Positions 16,611 to 27,417 of a DNA stretch of 38,704 nucleotides are shown one piece after another (positions within the stretch are counted from its first letter, which is position 1; the number at the start of each line of letters is the position of its first letter). The notes beneath the pieces were generated by a model that was not told where the DNA came from, did not search any database, and saw only the letters and a list, made by a program, of their open reading frames with translations. Made by a program: the position numbers and the translations under genes. Origin of the DNA: an uncultured bacterium. Lineage in GTDB: Bacteria > DAOPZR01. The stretch is from NCBI GenBank assembly GCA_964637655.1, contig CAZWUZ010000004.1:1-38704 (forward strand), in the 5' to 3' direction.

Positions 16611-16759
16611 TACCTATCGGTAGAATATGCTTGACAAAAGATGAAAACATGCTATACTTACCGTTAGGTATGATGGAGAATAGCAAAATTATATGTGATT
16701 TGTGAAATTGAGTACTGGTAGGTAGGAATAAACAAATCGTTTATACTTATCGGTCGGTA
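16611..16759 (+). promoter_or_regulatory. TetR promoter with repeated imperfect palindromic operators
   Basis: TTGACA (16631) - 16 bp - TATACT (16653); TACyTAyCGGTmGGTA-like boxes at 16611, 16655, 16709 and 16744. Confidence 0.6.
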
Positions 16760-16771
16760 GAGGAGGTCGGC

Positions 16772-17410
16772 ATGGGGCAGGCGATGCGACAACAGCATTT
16801 TGCGGAAAACCCGGAGATGAAGCAGCGTATCGTGCGGTCGGCGATACAGCTCTTCACCACCAAGGGGTACGCAGCGACCTCGGTGCGGGAGATTGTCGAG
16901 GCGGCGGGGGTCACCAAGCCCGTCCTCTACTACTACTTCAAGAACAAGGAAGACCTCTACCTGACAATTATGCAGGAGGCGGCCTCGCATTTCGATGCCT
17001 TGCTCGCGGAGATCAGCACGATGCAAGGCCCGGCACGTGAGCGCCTCGCGCGCCTGTTCGACCGGATGTTCCAGATCTACCTCGCGCATCTCGATACGGT
17101 GCGCGTGCTGCACAGCATCCACTACGGTCCGCCGCAGGGTGCGCCGGAGTTCGATCACCATTCCTTCCACAACAAGTTCCGCGAACTCGTCACCCGCCTG
17201 GTCGCGGAGGGAATTGCCGGCGGCGAGCTGCGCAAGGGGAACATCAGCGACTACACCTGGATCTTTACCGGACTGATCAACGTCTGTTTCGAAACCAACC
17301 TCTGCCACCCGGAAGTGGCACCCAGGCCGGAAGACCTGCAGCGCATGCTGGCGACGGTCTGGCACAGTTTCGCTGCCGCCCCGGCCACTACCGACGGTTA
17401 TCACGGATAA
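16772..17410 (+). CDS. TetR/AcrR-family regulator
   Basis: LFTTKGYAATSVREIVEAAGVTKPVLYYYFKNKEDL; SD GAGGAGG. Confidence 0.93.
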   Translation: MGQAMRQQHFAENPEMKQRIVRSAIQLFTTKGYAATSVREIVEAAGVTKPVLYYYFKNKEDLYLTIMQEAASHFDALLAEISTMQGPARERLARLFDRMFQIYLAHLDTVRVLHSIHYGPPQGAPEFDHHSFHNKFRELVTRLVAEGIAGGELRKGNISDYTWIFTGLINVCFETNLCHPEVAPRPEDLQRMLATVWHSFAAAPATTDGYHG

Positions 17411-17421
17411 CGGAGACGACC

Positions 17422-18621
17422 ATGAAATTTTTCACACGTACTGCTTTGATTCTGGCGCTGGCGCTCAGCGGTTGTGGGGGCAGCAGCAGCGACAGTCCCG
17501 CGGGGGACACCACGACCGTCACCGGCAAGGCGCCCGTGGCGGTGGAAACCGTCGCGGCCGCCTACGCGCCGCTGGCCGAGGGGATCGACGTCGTCGGCAC
17601 CCTCACCGCAAAGCACGCGGCGGTCATCCGCCCCGAAGCGCCCGGCATCGTGACGGAGATCTACGTCGAGGAGTGGGTCCCCGTCGCGGCGGGCGCGGCG
17701 CTGGCGCGCCTGGACACGCGCGAAGCGGACGCCACCCTGCAGCAGGCGAAGGCCTCGGTGGAAGCGGCGCGCGCGATGGTGCTGCAGGCGGAAGTCGGCG
17801 AGCAGCGGGCGGCGCGCGAGATGGCGCGCATGACCGACCTGAAAACCTACGGACTCGTCACGCGGCAGCAGTTCGAAGACGCCGGCACGGCGCACGAAGC
17901 GGCGAAGGCGATGACCGCGGCGGCGCGCGCGCAGCTGCAGGTGGCACAGGAGGGGCTGCGGCAGGCGCAGACCTACGCCAGCAAAAAGATCATTCGCAGC
18001 CCGATTGCCGGCGTGATCGCCCAGCGTGATGTCAACATCGGCTCGGTGGTCAACGACAAACAGATGTTCCGCGTGGTGGACAACCGTGTGCTTGACCTGA
18101 CGGTGAGCGTGCCCGAACGCAGCAGCGCCGCCGTATGTCCCGGCCAGTCCATCATCTTCAGCAGCGACGCACTGGCCGGCGAAACCTTCACCGCCACGGT
18201 CAAGCGGGTCAATCCCGCGGTGGACGCCCGCGACCGCGCGGTGCAGGTGATGGCGGAGATCGCCAATGCGGCCGGCCCGCTCAAGGACGGCATGTTCGTG
18301 CGCGGGCGCATCCTCACCGGGAATGACAGCCCGGTGCTGGTCATACCGCGCAGCGCGCTCACGGCCTGGGAACTGGGCGCGCGCCAGGGCACGGTGTTCG
18401 TGCTGAACGGCGAAACGGTGCGCCAGGCCACGGTCGGCACCGGGCGCGGCAGCGGCGACCTGGTGGAGATCATCGCCGGACTCAACCCGGGCGACCGGGT
18501 CATCACCGGCGGCAACTACCAGTTGCAGGACGGTGACCAGGTCACCGTCAGCATTGGCGCGCCGGCGCCGGCCGCCGACACCCGGGCCGCGGCCGGCGTC
18601 AGCCTGCCGGCGAGCCGGTAG
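17422..18621 (+). CDS. RND efflux periplasmic adaptor (MFP), lipoprotein
   Basis: Lipobox ALSGC, hairpin helices, IRSPIAGVI, LKDGMFV. Confidence 0.92.
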   Translation: MKFFTRTALILALALSGCGGSSSDSPAGDTTTVTGKAPVAVETVAAAYAPLAEGIDVVGTLTAKHAAVIRPEAPGIVTEIYVEEWVPVAAGAALARLDTREADATLQQAKASVEAARAMVLQAEVGEQRAAREMARMTDLKTYGLVTRQQFEDAGTAHEAAKAMTAAARAQLQVAQEGLRQAQTYASKKIIRSPIAGVIAQRDVNIGSVVNDKQMFRVVDNRVLDLTVSVPERSSAAVCPGQSIIFSSDALAGETFTATVKRVNPAVDARDRAVQVMAEIANAAGPLKDGMFVRGRILTGNDSPVLVIPRSALTAWELGARQGTVFVLNGETVRQATVGTGRGSGDLVEIIAGLNPGDRVITGGNYQLQDGDQVTVSIGAPAPAADTRAAAGVSLPASR

Positions 18622-18800
18622 GGCGCGCGCCATGTTTCTCTCTGACCTTTCCATCCGGCGGCCGGTATTTGCGGCCGTGATCATGCTGACGATACGTGCG
18701 GCCGGCGCGGCTACGCCTGCGCCGGCGGCCCGCCAGGAGCTACGCCATGTTTCTCTCTGACCTTTCCATCCGGCGGCCGGTATTCGCGGCCGTCATCATG
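18589..18800 (+). repeat. Tandem ~115-bp duplication of the MFP-end/RND-start junction
   Basis: atgtttctctctgacctttccatccggcggccggtatt occurs at both 18632 and 18747. Confidence 0.85.
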
Positions 18801-21800
18801 ATCACCCTGGTCGTGCTGGGGGTCTTCTCCTACCGCAAACTGGCGGTGGACATGTTCCCGAACATCGACATCCCCATCGTGTCGATTACCACGATCTACC
18901 CCGGCGCTTCGCCCGAGGCCATCGAGCGCGAGGTGACCAAGAAGATCGAGGAGGCGGTGAACCCGATCCCCGGGGTGAAGCACGTCTCGTCGTACTCGCG
19001 GGAAGGGCTGTCGATCGTCGTCATCGAATTCAACCTCGAGGTGAAACTCAACGACGCTGCGCAGGACGTCACCGTCAAGATCAACGCGGTGCGCGGCGAG
19101 TTGCCGAACGAGGTCGAGGCCCCGGTCATCCAGAAACTGGACATCGGGGGGGCGCCCGTCATCTCCCTGGCCATCCGCTCGACCACGATGAACGCGCGCG
19201 AACTGACCGAACTGGCGGAACGCACCATCAAGCGGCGGCTGGAGAACCTGACCGGGGTCGGCAAGGTCCAGTTGTCCGGCACGTCCTCGTCGGCGGTCAA
19301 CATCGAACCCGACCCGTACCGGCTCGCCGCGCTCAACATGGGCGTGAACGAACTGATCAGCGGCATCCAGACGGAGAATGTCAACACCCCGCTCGGCCGG
19401 ATCACGGGCGCGCAGCAGGAATTTCCCATGCGCCTGTCCGGCAAACCGGAACTGGTCGGCGGGTTCGCCGGCATGATCGTGGCGCAGCGCGACGGGCGCC
19501 CCATCACGCTCGGCGAGGTGGCGCGGGTTGACGACGGCATCGAGGAACAGCGTTCGCTGGCGCTGCTCAACGGCGAACCGGCGATCGGGTTCGAGATCAT
19601 GAAACAGTCGGGGGCCAACACGGTCGGCCTGGCGGACGCGGTGATTGCCGAGTGCGACCGGCTGCGCCAGGAGCTGCCGGCCGGGGTGACCATCGACATT
19701 GAGCGCGACGCCTCGCAGTTCATCCGCGACGCGGTGGCCGACGTGGAGGAGACACTGGTCCTCGGCGGCCTGCTCACGGTGTTCATCGTCTTCTGCTTCC
19801 TCAACTCGTGGCGCTCGACCGTCATCACCGGCCTGACCCTGCCCGTCTCGGTCATCAGCGCGTTCATCATGCTGAACGCGCTCGGCCTGACGCTCAACAT
19901 CCTCACCCTGATGGCGCTGTCGCTGGCCATCGGCATGCTCATCGACGACGCCATCGTCGTGCGCGAGAACATCGTGCGCCATATCGAGATGGGCAAGGAC
20001 CACTTCACCGCGGCCCGCGAGGGGACGGCGGAGATCGGGCTGGCGGTGCTCGCCACCTCGCTGTCGATCATGGCGGTGTTCCTCCCCGTCGCCTTCATGA
20101 AGGGGATCGTCGGGCGCATGTTCTATTCGTTCGGCACCACCATCGCCTTTGCCGTGGGCATTTCGCTGCTGGTCTCCTTCACCCTCGACCCGATGCTCTC
20201 CTCGCGCTGGCACGACCCCGCGCTGGAGAACAAGGGCCGGCGCAAGGGCCTGGCCCGCTGGCTGGAGGCGTTCAACGACTGGTTCGAGCGCATGGCCGAC
20301 CGCTACAAGGACGTCATCGGCTGGGCGCTCGTTCACCGCAAGACCGTGCTGGCCGGCGCGGCGGCCGCCTTCATCGGCGGCATGGCCTGCTTCTTTTCGC
20401 TGTCGGGCGAATTCATGACGCAGTCCGACCAGGGGGAGTTCCAGGTGAACCTGTCCACCGCGCCCCAGGCCTCGCTCCGCGAGACGGAGCAGCGGGCGCG
20501 CCAGGTGCTCGACGCCCTGCGCCCCGTCAGCGAGATCGCGCACACCTTCATTGCCGTCGGGGCCGGCGACCAGGGCACCGTGCGCGACGGTTCGCTGCAC
20601 ATCATGCTGAAACCGCGGGCGGAGCGCGAACGCGACCAGTTCGCCATCCAGCAGGAGGTCCGCACCCGGCTGCAGGACGTTCCCGGCGTCATCATCTCCA
20701 TCACGGAGGCGGGCGGCCCGGTCGGCAGCGAGAAGCCGCTGCTGGTCAGCGTGCGCGGCGAGGACATTGCCACGCTCAAGCAGTACGCCACCGCCATTCG
20801 CGACCACATGCGCACGGTCAGGGGCATCGTCGACATCAGCATGGACATGGAATTCAACAGTTCCGAGTACCGGCTCACCGTGGACCGGGCGCGGGCGCAG
20901 GACCTGGGCCTGAACTCCGCCACGGTCATGCGGACGGTCAGCGCGCTGGTGGGCGGCACGCCGGTCTCCACCTACGAGGACGCCGCGGGCGAGGCGCGTG
21001 AGGTGCGCGTGCGGTTGCCGCTGGAACTGCGCCGGGACCCGGCGCAGCTGTCGCTGCTGCGGGTGGTCACGCCGGACGGCGCCCTGCTGCCGCTCGACAA
21101 CATCGTGTCGCGGGAAATGGCGGTGACCCCGTCGGAGATCAGCCGCAAGGACCTGTCGCGCCAGATCGTCGTCGGCGCTTCGCTGGACGACCTGCCGCTG
21201 GGCGACGCGCAGCAGAACATCGAGGCCTTCATCGCCACGCAGACCTACGCGCCCGGCTACAAGGTGGTTTTCGCCGGTGAAGCGGAGCGCATGAATGAAA
21301 CCTTCACCTACATGGTGGAGGCCATGGTGCTCGCCATCATCCTGGTCTACCTCATCCTCGCGGCGCAGTTCGAGTCGTTCCTCGCCCCCTTCGCCATCAT
21401 GCTCTCGCTGCCGCTGTCGATCATCGGCATGGCGGGCCTGCTGCTGCTGACCGGCGACACGCTGAACATGATGTCGATGATCGGGCTCATCATGCTGATG
21501 GGGCTGGTGTGCAAGAACGCCATCCTGCTCATCGACTTCACCCGGCAGGGGGAGCGGGCGGGAATGCCGCAGCACGAGGCGATCATCAGCGCCTGCCGCA
21601 CCCGCCTGCGCCCGATCATGATGACCATGTTCGCCATGGTCTTCGGCATGATGCCGCTGGCGCTGGGCATCGGGGCGGGGGGCGAGTTCCGCGCCCCGAT
21701 GGCGCGCGCGGTGGTGGGCGGACTGGTCACCTCGACCCTGCTGACGCTCATTGTCATCCCCGTCTTTTACACCTACATTGAAGATGTCGGCCGGCTCCTG

Positions 21801-21842
21801 CACCGCTGGTGGTCGGGCGAAAAGGAGATTGAACTGTCATGA
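18747..21842 (+). CDS. RND efflux permease (AcrB/AcrD/AcrF family)
   Basis: MFLSDLSIRRPV, GMLIDDAIVVRENI, KNAILLIDF, RLRPIMMT. Confidence 0.95.
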   Translation: MFLSDLSIRRPVFAAVIMITLVVLGVFSYRKLAVDMFPNIDIPIVSITTIYPGASPEAIEREVTKKIEEAVNPIPGVKHVSSYSREGLSIVVIEFNLEVKLNDAAQDVTVKINAVRGELPNEVEAPVIQKLDIGGAPVISLAIRSTTMNARELTELAERTIKRRLENLTGVGKVQLSGTSSSAVNIEPDPYRLAALNMGVNELISGIQTENVNTPLGRITGAQQEFPMRLSGKPELVGGFAGMIVAQRDGRPITLGEVARVDDGIEEQRSLALLNGEPAIGFEIMKQSGANTVGLADAVIAECDRLRQELPAGVTIDIERDASQFIRDAVADVEETLVLGGLLTVFIVFCFLNSWRSTVITGLTLPVSVISAFIMLNALGLTLNILTLMALSLAIGMLIDDAIVVRENIVRHIEMGKDHFTAAREGTAEIGLAVLATSLSIMAVFLPVAFMKGIVGRMFYSFGTTIAFAVGISLLVSFTLDPMLSSRWHDPALENKGRRKGLARWLEAFNDWFERMADRYKDVIGWALVHRKTVLAGAAAAFIGGMACFFSLSGEFMTQSDQGEFQVNLSTAPQASLRETEQRARQVLDALRPVSEIAHTFIAVGAGDQGTVRDGSLHIMLKPRAERERDQFAIQQEVRTRLQDVPGVIISITEAGGPVGSEKPLLVSVRGEDIATLKQYATAIRDHMRTVRGIVDISMDMEFNSSEYRLTVDRARAQDLGLNSATVMRTVSALVGGTPVSTYEDAAGEAREVRVRLPLELRRDPAQLSLLRVVTPDGALLPLDNIVSREMAVTPSEISRKDLSRQIVVGASLDDLPLGDAQQNIEAFIATQTYAPGYKVVFAGEAERMNETFTYMVEAMVLAIILVYLILAAQFESFLAPFAIMLSLPLSIIGMAGLLLLTGDTLNMMSMIGLIMLMGLVCKNAILLIDFTRQGERAGMPQHEAIISACRTRLRPIMMTMFAMVFGMMPLALGIGAGGEFRAPMARAVVGGLVTSTLLTLIVIPVFYTYIEDVGRLLHRWWSGEKEIELS

Positions 21843-23200
21843 ACTGCCTCCGGCTGCTTACCGCGATGCTGCTGGCCGTTGCCCTGCTGGTGCCCGCGCA
21901 GGCGGAAACCGTGCTGACGCTGGACGAGGCGGTGGCGCTGGCCCTGGCGCGCAACCGCGACCTGCAGAGCGCGGCGGAATACCACAACTATGTCATGGGC
22001 TATTACTACCGCGAGCGGTCCTCCGCGTTCCCGCAATTGACCATCAGCGCCGCGGACATCCGCGCGCGCGACTATGCCTCCGGAGTGATGAGCCCCGGCA
22101 CCGACCCGCTGGTGAGCGAAGCGCGCACCGCGGATCTGGCGGTCGATTGGACGGTATTCACCTGGGGCCAGGTGAGCGCGGCGCTGCGGGCCGCGGTCAT
22201 CGGCATCGAGAACGCGGAAGTGAAACTCGACGTGCAGCGGCGGGCCGTGGTGGAGGCGGTGACCGCCTCCTTCTACGACTGCCTGCTGGCGGACGAACTG
22301 ACCGCCATCGCGCGGCAGAACCTGGCGCAGAAGCAGCGCCACCTTGACGAAGCGACGCGGCGCAACACCGCGGGAACGGCTACCGATTACGACGTGCTGG
22401 CAGCGGAAGTGGCGGTGGCCAATGCGCGTCCCGAACTGATCCGCGCGGAAAACGCCATCCGCACCACGCGCGAACAGCTCGCGTTCCTGCTCGCGGCCGG
22501 CGATTCGGAGATGCGTGCGAGCGGCTCGCTCGCCGCGGCGACAGCGATCAGTCCCGTCCCGGACGAAACGCAGGCGCTGGCGACCGCGCTGGCGCAGCGT
22601 CCGGAACTGACCGACCTGCGCCAGCAGGAACAGGTGGCGGCGGAGTTCGTCACCATCGCCAACGCCGGCGACAAGCCGCGCGTGGCGCTCACCGGGCAGT
22701 ACGGCTGGCACGAACTGGGCTACGGCGGCGCGGCTGAAGACGGGCGCGACTGGAAGGCGGGGGTGGTCCTCTCCTTCCCGATTTTCGACGGGTTCCGCAC
22801 GGACGGTGCGGTGCGCCAGGCGGAGAGCCAGCGGGCGACGCTCGCCATCCAGCAGGCGAAACTGCGCGAAGCGATCACCCTCGAAGTGACCGTGACGCGC
22901 GACCGGGTGCGCGAGGCGGAGGAAATCGTGACGGCGCTGAGCAAGACCGTGCAGCAGGCGGAACGCCTGCTGGTGATGGCGGAAAAGGGGTTCGAGGCGG
23001 GGGTCAAGACGCGGCTCGACGTGGACGACGCGCAGCTCAACCTCGCGGCGGCGCGGGGCAACCTCGCCCGGGCGCGGCGCGATTACCTCGTGGCGCGCGT
23101 GGCGCTCGACCGCGTGACGGGAACGATGCAGGTACCGGTAACCGCGGGGGCGATCAGCATTCCCGCCGTCCACGGCCACGCCCTCTTCCTCACCGACTGA
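21839..23200 (+). CDS. TolC-family outer membrane protein
   Basis: Signal peptide, LTLDEAVALALARN, LSFPIFDG; last gene of the efflux operon. Confidence 0.92.
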   Translation: MNCLRLLTAMLLAVALLVPAQAETVLTLDEAVALALARNRDLQSAAEYHNYVMGYYYRERSSAFPQLTISAADIRARDYASGVMSPGTDPLVSEARTADLAVDWTVFTWGQVSAALRAAVIGIENAEVKLDVQRRAVVEAVTASFYDCLLADELTAIARQNLAQKQRHLDEATRRNTAGTATDYDVLAAEVAVANARPELIRAENAIRTTREQLAFLLAAGDSEMRASGSLAAATAISPVPDETQALATALAQRPELTDLRQQEQVAAEFVTIANAGDKPRVALTGQYGWHELGYGGAAEDGRDWKAGVVLSFPIFDGFRTDGAVRQAESQRATLAIQQAKLREAITLEVTVTRDRVREAEEIVTALSKTVQQAERLLVMAEKGFEAGVKTRLDVDDAQLNLAAARGNLARARRDYLVARVALDRVTGTMQVPVTAGAISIPAVHGHALFLTD

Positions 23201-23248
23201 CATGGTCGGGTTTGTCAGTCCGGCCGGTTTGAGGTATACTCCGCGACT

Positions 23249-25090
23249 ATGCTGATTGTTGCAGATGTCGCCAAGTCGTACGGGCCGCAGCAGCTCTTCG
23301 ATGGCGTTTCCTTCCAGGTCAACCGCGGTGAGCGGGTGGGGATTGTCGGGCGCAACGGCCACGGCAAGACGACCCTGCTGCGCCTGCTCACCGGGCGCGA
23401 GGAACCGGATGCGGGGCGCATCGAGTACCCGCGCAACTACCGCATCGGTTTCCTCGAGCAGCACCTGACGTTCAAACTGCCAACCATCCTTGACGAGGCG
23501 GCGGCGGGGTTGCCGGCAGGGGACGAGCACGAGACCTGGCGCGCGGAAAAGATTCTGCGTGGACTGGGGTTCGGGTCGCGCGACCTCGAGCGCGCCGCGT
23601 CCGAGTTTTCGGGCGGCTATCAGTCGCGCATCCATCTGGCGCGCGTGCTGGTAAGCGAGCCCGACCTGCTGATCCTCGACGAGCCGACCAACTACCTCGA
23701 CATCACCGCGCTGCGCTGGCTGCAGCGTTTCCTCGCCTGCTGGCCGCGCGAACTGATCCTCGTCACGCACAACCGCAATTTCATGGACGGCGTCGTCACG
23801 CACGTGGTGGGCATCCACCGGCAGAAGGCACGCAAGGTCGCGGGTGATACAGAGCAGTACTACGGCCTCATCACCCAGGAAGAAGAGATCTTCGAGTCGA
23901 CGCGCCAGAAAGAGGAGCGCAAGCGGGCGCACGCGGAACGTTTCATCACGCGCTTCCGCGCCAAGGCACGACTCGCGGGGATGGTGCAGTCGCGCGTCAA
24001 GATGCTCGCCAAGACGGAACGCAAGGAGAAACTGGTCGACCTCGAGTCGCTCGACTTCTCCTTCACCGCCCTGCCGTTCGCCGCCAAGGTGATGCTCGGG
24101 GCGGACGACCTGGCCTTCGGCTGGAAACAGGGTAAAAAGCCGCTCATCGACAACCTGACCTTCCACGTCGGGCGCGATGACCGCATCGGGGTGGTCGGGC
24201 CCAACGGGCGTGGCAAAACGACGCTGCTGCGCCTGCTGGCCGGCGAACTGGAGCCGTGGTCGGGGAACATCCGCCCGCACCCGACCCTGACGACCGCCTA
24301 CTACGGGCAGACCAACATCGACCGGCTGCAGGCGCAGCGCAACGTGGTCGAGGAGATCCTCACCGCGGCGCCCGACGTGGCGCCGCAACGCGCGCGCGAC
24401 CTGGCCGGGGCGATGATGTTTTCCGGTGACGACGCGCTCAAGCCGATCAGCGTCCTCTCGGGTGGCGAGCGGGCGCGAGTGCTGCTGGGGAAACTGCGCG
24501 CCACTCCCGCGCACCTGCTGCTGTTGGACGAACCGACCAACCACCTCGACCTCGAGTCGTGCGACGCGCTGCTCTCGGCCATCGATGCGTTCGACGGGGC
24601 GGTGGTGATGGTGACCCACAACGAGATGCTGCTCGAGGCACTGGCGACGCGGCTGATCGTTTTCGACCGCGGGCAGATTTCCTGCTATGAGGGCCCGTAC
24701 CGTGAGTTCCTCGAACGGGTCGGCTGGGAAGAGGACGACGAGAACGCCGACGCCTGCATCCTCGCCGCGGACGAGGACGACACGCCACCGGTCAAACAGC
24801 TGTCGCGACGCGAGCGCGCGGAACTCGTGCAGCAGCGGGCGAAGGCGCTGCGCCCGCTGCAGGAGCGCGCGGGGAAACTCGAGGAACTGGTCAGCGCCGC
24901 GGAGCAGGAACTGGCCGAGGTCAACGAGGCGCTGATCGAGGCCTCGACCGCAGGCGACGCAACACAATTCGCCGCGCTGGGCAAAAAGGCGCGCGAACTG
25001 CCGCCGCTGATCGCCAAGTACTACACCGAACTTGAAACAGCGACCGCGGCCCTCGACCGCGAATCCGCGCAATGGCCCGACCCGGGCTGA
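23249..25090 (+). CDS. ABC-F family ATPase
   Basis: Two ABC cassettes (GRNGHGKTT, GPNGRGKTT, LDEPTN twice), no TM segments, C-terminal coiled coil. Confidence 0.93.
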   Translation: MLIVADVAKSYGPQQLFDGVSFQVNRGERVGIVGRNGHGKTTLLRLLTGREEPDAGRIEYPRNYRIGFLEQHLTFKLPTILDEAAAGLPAGDEHETWRAEKILRGLGFGSRDLERAASEFSGGYQSRIHLARVLVSEPDLLILDEPTNYLDITALRWLQRFLACWPRELILVTHNRNFMDGVVTHVVGIHRQKARKVAGDTEQYYGLITQEEEIFESTRQKEERKRAHAERFITRFRAKARLAGMVQSRVKMLAKTERKEKLVDLESLDFSFTALPFAAKVMLGADDLAFGWKQGKKPLIDNLTFHVGRDDRIGVVGPNGRGKTTLLRLLAGELEPWSGNIRPHPTLTTAYYGQTNIDRLQAQRNVVEEILTAAPDVAPQRARDLAGAMMFSGDDALKPISVLSGGERARVLLGKLRATPAHLLLLDEPTNHLDLESCDALLSAIDAFDGAVVMVTHNEMLLEALATRLIVFDRGQISCYEGPYREFLERVGWEEDDENADACILAADEDDTPPVKQLSRRERAELVQQRAKALRPLQERAGKLEELVSAAEQELAEVNEALIEASTAGDATQFAALGKKARELPPLIAKYYTELETATAALDRESAQWPDPG

Positions 25091-25101
25091 CCCGCCACTG
25101 C

Positions 25102-25933
25102 TTCACCGCAACGCACAAAATCACAGCAACAGCTTTCACTGCAGAGCACGCAGAGCACACAGAGAAAACCTCACCCATTCCTTTACCACGGAGCACACGG
25201 AGCACACGGAGCACACGGAGCGGTTGCGATATGCTGCCGGTGATGCGGCAGTGCATAGCAATAATCCGTCATGCCCGAATGGTGGTATCGGGCATCCACC
25301 GTATTGTGGACCCGTCCCCGAAGTCAGTAACCGGGGCTTACAGATTTCGGGGGGTGACACACCGTGCACAGGCGAGGGCGCCTGTGCCACACAATCAACT
25401 GCTGCTCATTGGTGTCGGTTCATGCAGCACCGCCGCCCACCATCTTTCCAGCGGGAGTGCTGCGGACGCGGCTGTGCCGACAAGCACCACAGCATGGCTT
25501 TCACCGCAGAGCACGCAGAGCACACAGAGAAAACCTCACCCATTTCTTTACCACGGAGCACACGGAGCACACGGAGCGGTTGCGATATGCTGCCGGTGAT
25601 GCGGCANNNNNNNNNNNNNNNNNNNNNNNNNNNNNNNNNNNNNNNNNNNNNNNNNNNNNNNNNNNNNNNNNNNNNNNNNNNNNNNNNNNNNNNNNNNNNN
25701 NNNNNNCAAGCACCACAGCATGGCTTTCACCGCAGAGCACGCAGAGCACACAGAGAAAACCACACCAGATACTTGTACCACGGGGCACACGGAGTATGGC
25801 AACAGAGAATGACAACGGCCGCAGGCTGAAGCCTGCGGCTACCACTGCTGCCACTACCGCTATCGGACAAGGTCCCGGGAACACCATGGACTGCGCTGCC
25901 ACTCTCTGTGTGCTCTGCGTACTCTGTGGTGAA
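25102..25933. repeat. Intergenic repeat cluster with a duplicated ~120-bp unit and an assembly gap (N 25607-25706)
   Basis: 9-bp CACAC[A/G]GAG arrays at 25134, 25182, 25499, 25547, 25724 and inverted at 25902-25933; hairpins at 25268-25298, 25366-25387 and 25818-25842. Confidence 0.8.
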
Positions 25934-25939
25934 TGAGGT

Positions 25940-27319
25940 TCAGTAGGCGGGGGCGAAGAGGTAGAGGTCGACACCGGGGAAGGCGCGGTGTGCCAGCAGC
26001 GGGCGGGCGGCGCGCAGACCGGCAAGGAAGCTGCCGTCGGGGTCATGATACTGCCAGTGGCTCCATACCAGCCAGAGGCGGCGGCTCCCCGTGGCGGGAA
26101 GCGCGACCTCATCGACATACGTCGCCGCATGCAGGTAGTGACGCAGCGGCAATTGCGCGTAGGGGGCGATGCAGGTGACGACATCGCCCGGCTGCAGCGC
26201 AGCGGTGATGGCCGCCGCCGCACCACGATAATCATCCGCCTGCGGATACTCGTCATGCAGTGTGGCTGCGGTCCCATGCAGCAGCGCCAGCGCATAGCAG
26301 GCAGCGGCGAGCGCCGCCGGGCGACGGTGTTTGCCCGCCAGCGGCAGGGCCAGCAGCAGCAGCAGCGGCACGTGCACGATGAACAGGTAGCGGGCGGCAA
26401 ACAGCGGGGCGAACAGCCCGACCGCCAGCGCGATGAGCAGCGGCAGCAGCACCGGCACCGCAAGGTACGCGCGGCCGCGCAATTCGCGCAGGGCGAGCAG
26501 CGCAAGCGTCCCCGCCCCGGCGAGCCCGAGATACTTCAACGCGATGGTCAGCGCGCTCTTCGGCAGCGGGTCACCCAGCAGCAGGATGACCAGTTCACGC
26601 CATGCCTGCAGCAGCGAGGTGAGCGCGACCGAACCGACGGTCGTCGTGTCACCCGCACGCGCGAGAAGTACGCCCGTCCACGGCAGGAATGCGAGTGCCG
26701 GCAGGATGAAAGCAAGCGCCAGCGGTGCACACGGCCGGTCGCCGCGCCACGGGCGCTGCCACAGGGCAACCACCAGCGCGGCGGCATACACCAGCACAAA
26801 ATAGTAGTGGGTATAGAGCCCGGCGGCCAGGGCGAACGCCAGCAGCAGCGCGGTCCCGCGCGTCCGCACGGTCAGCAGGCGGGCGAGCAGGGCATAGGCC
26901 GATACGGCACAGAACTGCAGGAACGCGTAATTGCGCGTCTGCTGCCCCCAGTATTGCTGCAGCGGATGCAGCACGAAGAAGAGCAGCGCGGCCAGCAGGA
27001 CGGGCAGCGGCAGCCGGCGGCCGGCCACGAGCAGGACGAGCGCGGCCGCGACACTCCAGAGCGCGGACCATCCGCGCGCCAGCAGCAGGGGCGCACCGTC
27101 GAGCCGCAACAGCAGGTTGAGCAGCAGGTGGTGGAGCGGCGGCGGCGTGTGCGTACCGGCGACCGGGTGCGCAAACTGCTGCCAGAGCGCGGGGAGCGGC
27201 TGCGCGGCGACCGCGAGATCCCAGGCCTCATCTATGCCCAGTCCGTGCGTAGCGAGCCCGGTCAAACGCAGGGCGCAGAGCGCGACCAAAAGCAGGGTGA
27301 GCAGCAGCACGTGGCGCAT
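25940..27319 (-). CDS. GT-C (ArnT/PMT-like) membrane glycosyltransferase
   Basis: Multi-TM; GIDEA loop motif, PPL, YTHYY; start MRHVLLL lies 6 nt after a -10 box. Confidence 0.75.
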   Translation of the reverse strand: MRHVLLLTLLLVALCALRLTGLATHGLGIDEAWDLAVAAQPLPALWQQFAHPVAGTHTPPPLHHLLLNLLLRLDGAPLLLARGWSALWSVAAALVLLVAGRRLPLPVLLAALLFFVLHPLQQYWGQQTRNYAFLQFCAVSAYALLARLLTVRTRGTALLLAFALAAGLYTHYYFVLVYAAALVVALWQRPWRGDRPCAPLALAFILPALAFLPWTGVLLARAGDTTTVGSVALTSLLQAWRELVILLLGDPLPKSALTIALKYLGLAGAGTLALLALRELRGRAYLAVPVLLPLLIALAVGLFAPLFAARYLFIVHVPLLLLLALPLAGKHRRPAALAAACYALALLHGTAATLHDEYPQADDYRGAAAAITAALQPGDVVTCIAPYAQLPLRHYLHAATYVDEVALPATGSRRLWLVWSHWQYHDPDGSFLAGLRAARPLLAHRAFPGVDLYLFAPAY

Positions 27320-27417
27320 GCGGCAAGTGTAACTGAAGACACCGGCAGCGTCAACGCGGCTTTGACTTTCCCGTCGGGGCAACCTATACTTTGCGTATCC
27401 ACCGGAAGGAGCGTGCC

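Noticed and set aside
18711-25072. Very long antisense ORFs (1030 aa and 1099 aa) and similar shadow ORFs elsewhere
   Set aside because: They mirror well-supported genes in high-GC DNA where stops are rare, and have no motifs
25032-25936. ORFs with TEHTEH/STQST repeats, or a CRISPR-like array
   Set aside because: These are translations of a 9-bp DNA repeat family with no regular unique spacers; the region spans an N gap, so the ~120-bp duplication may be partly an assembly artefact
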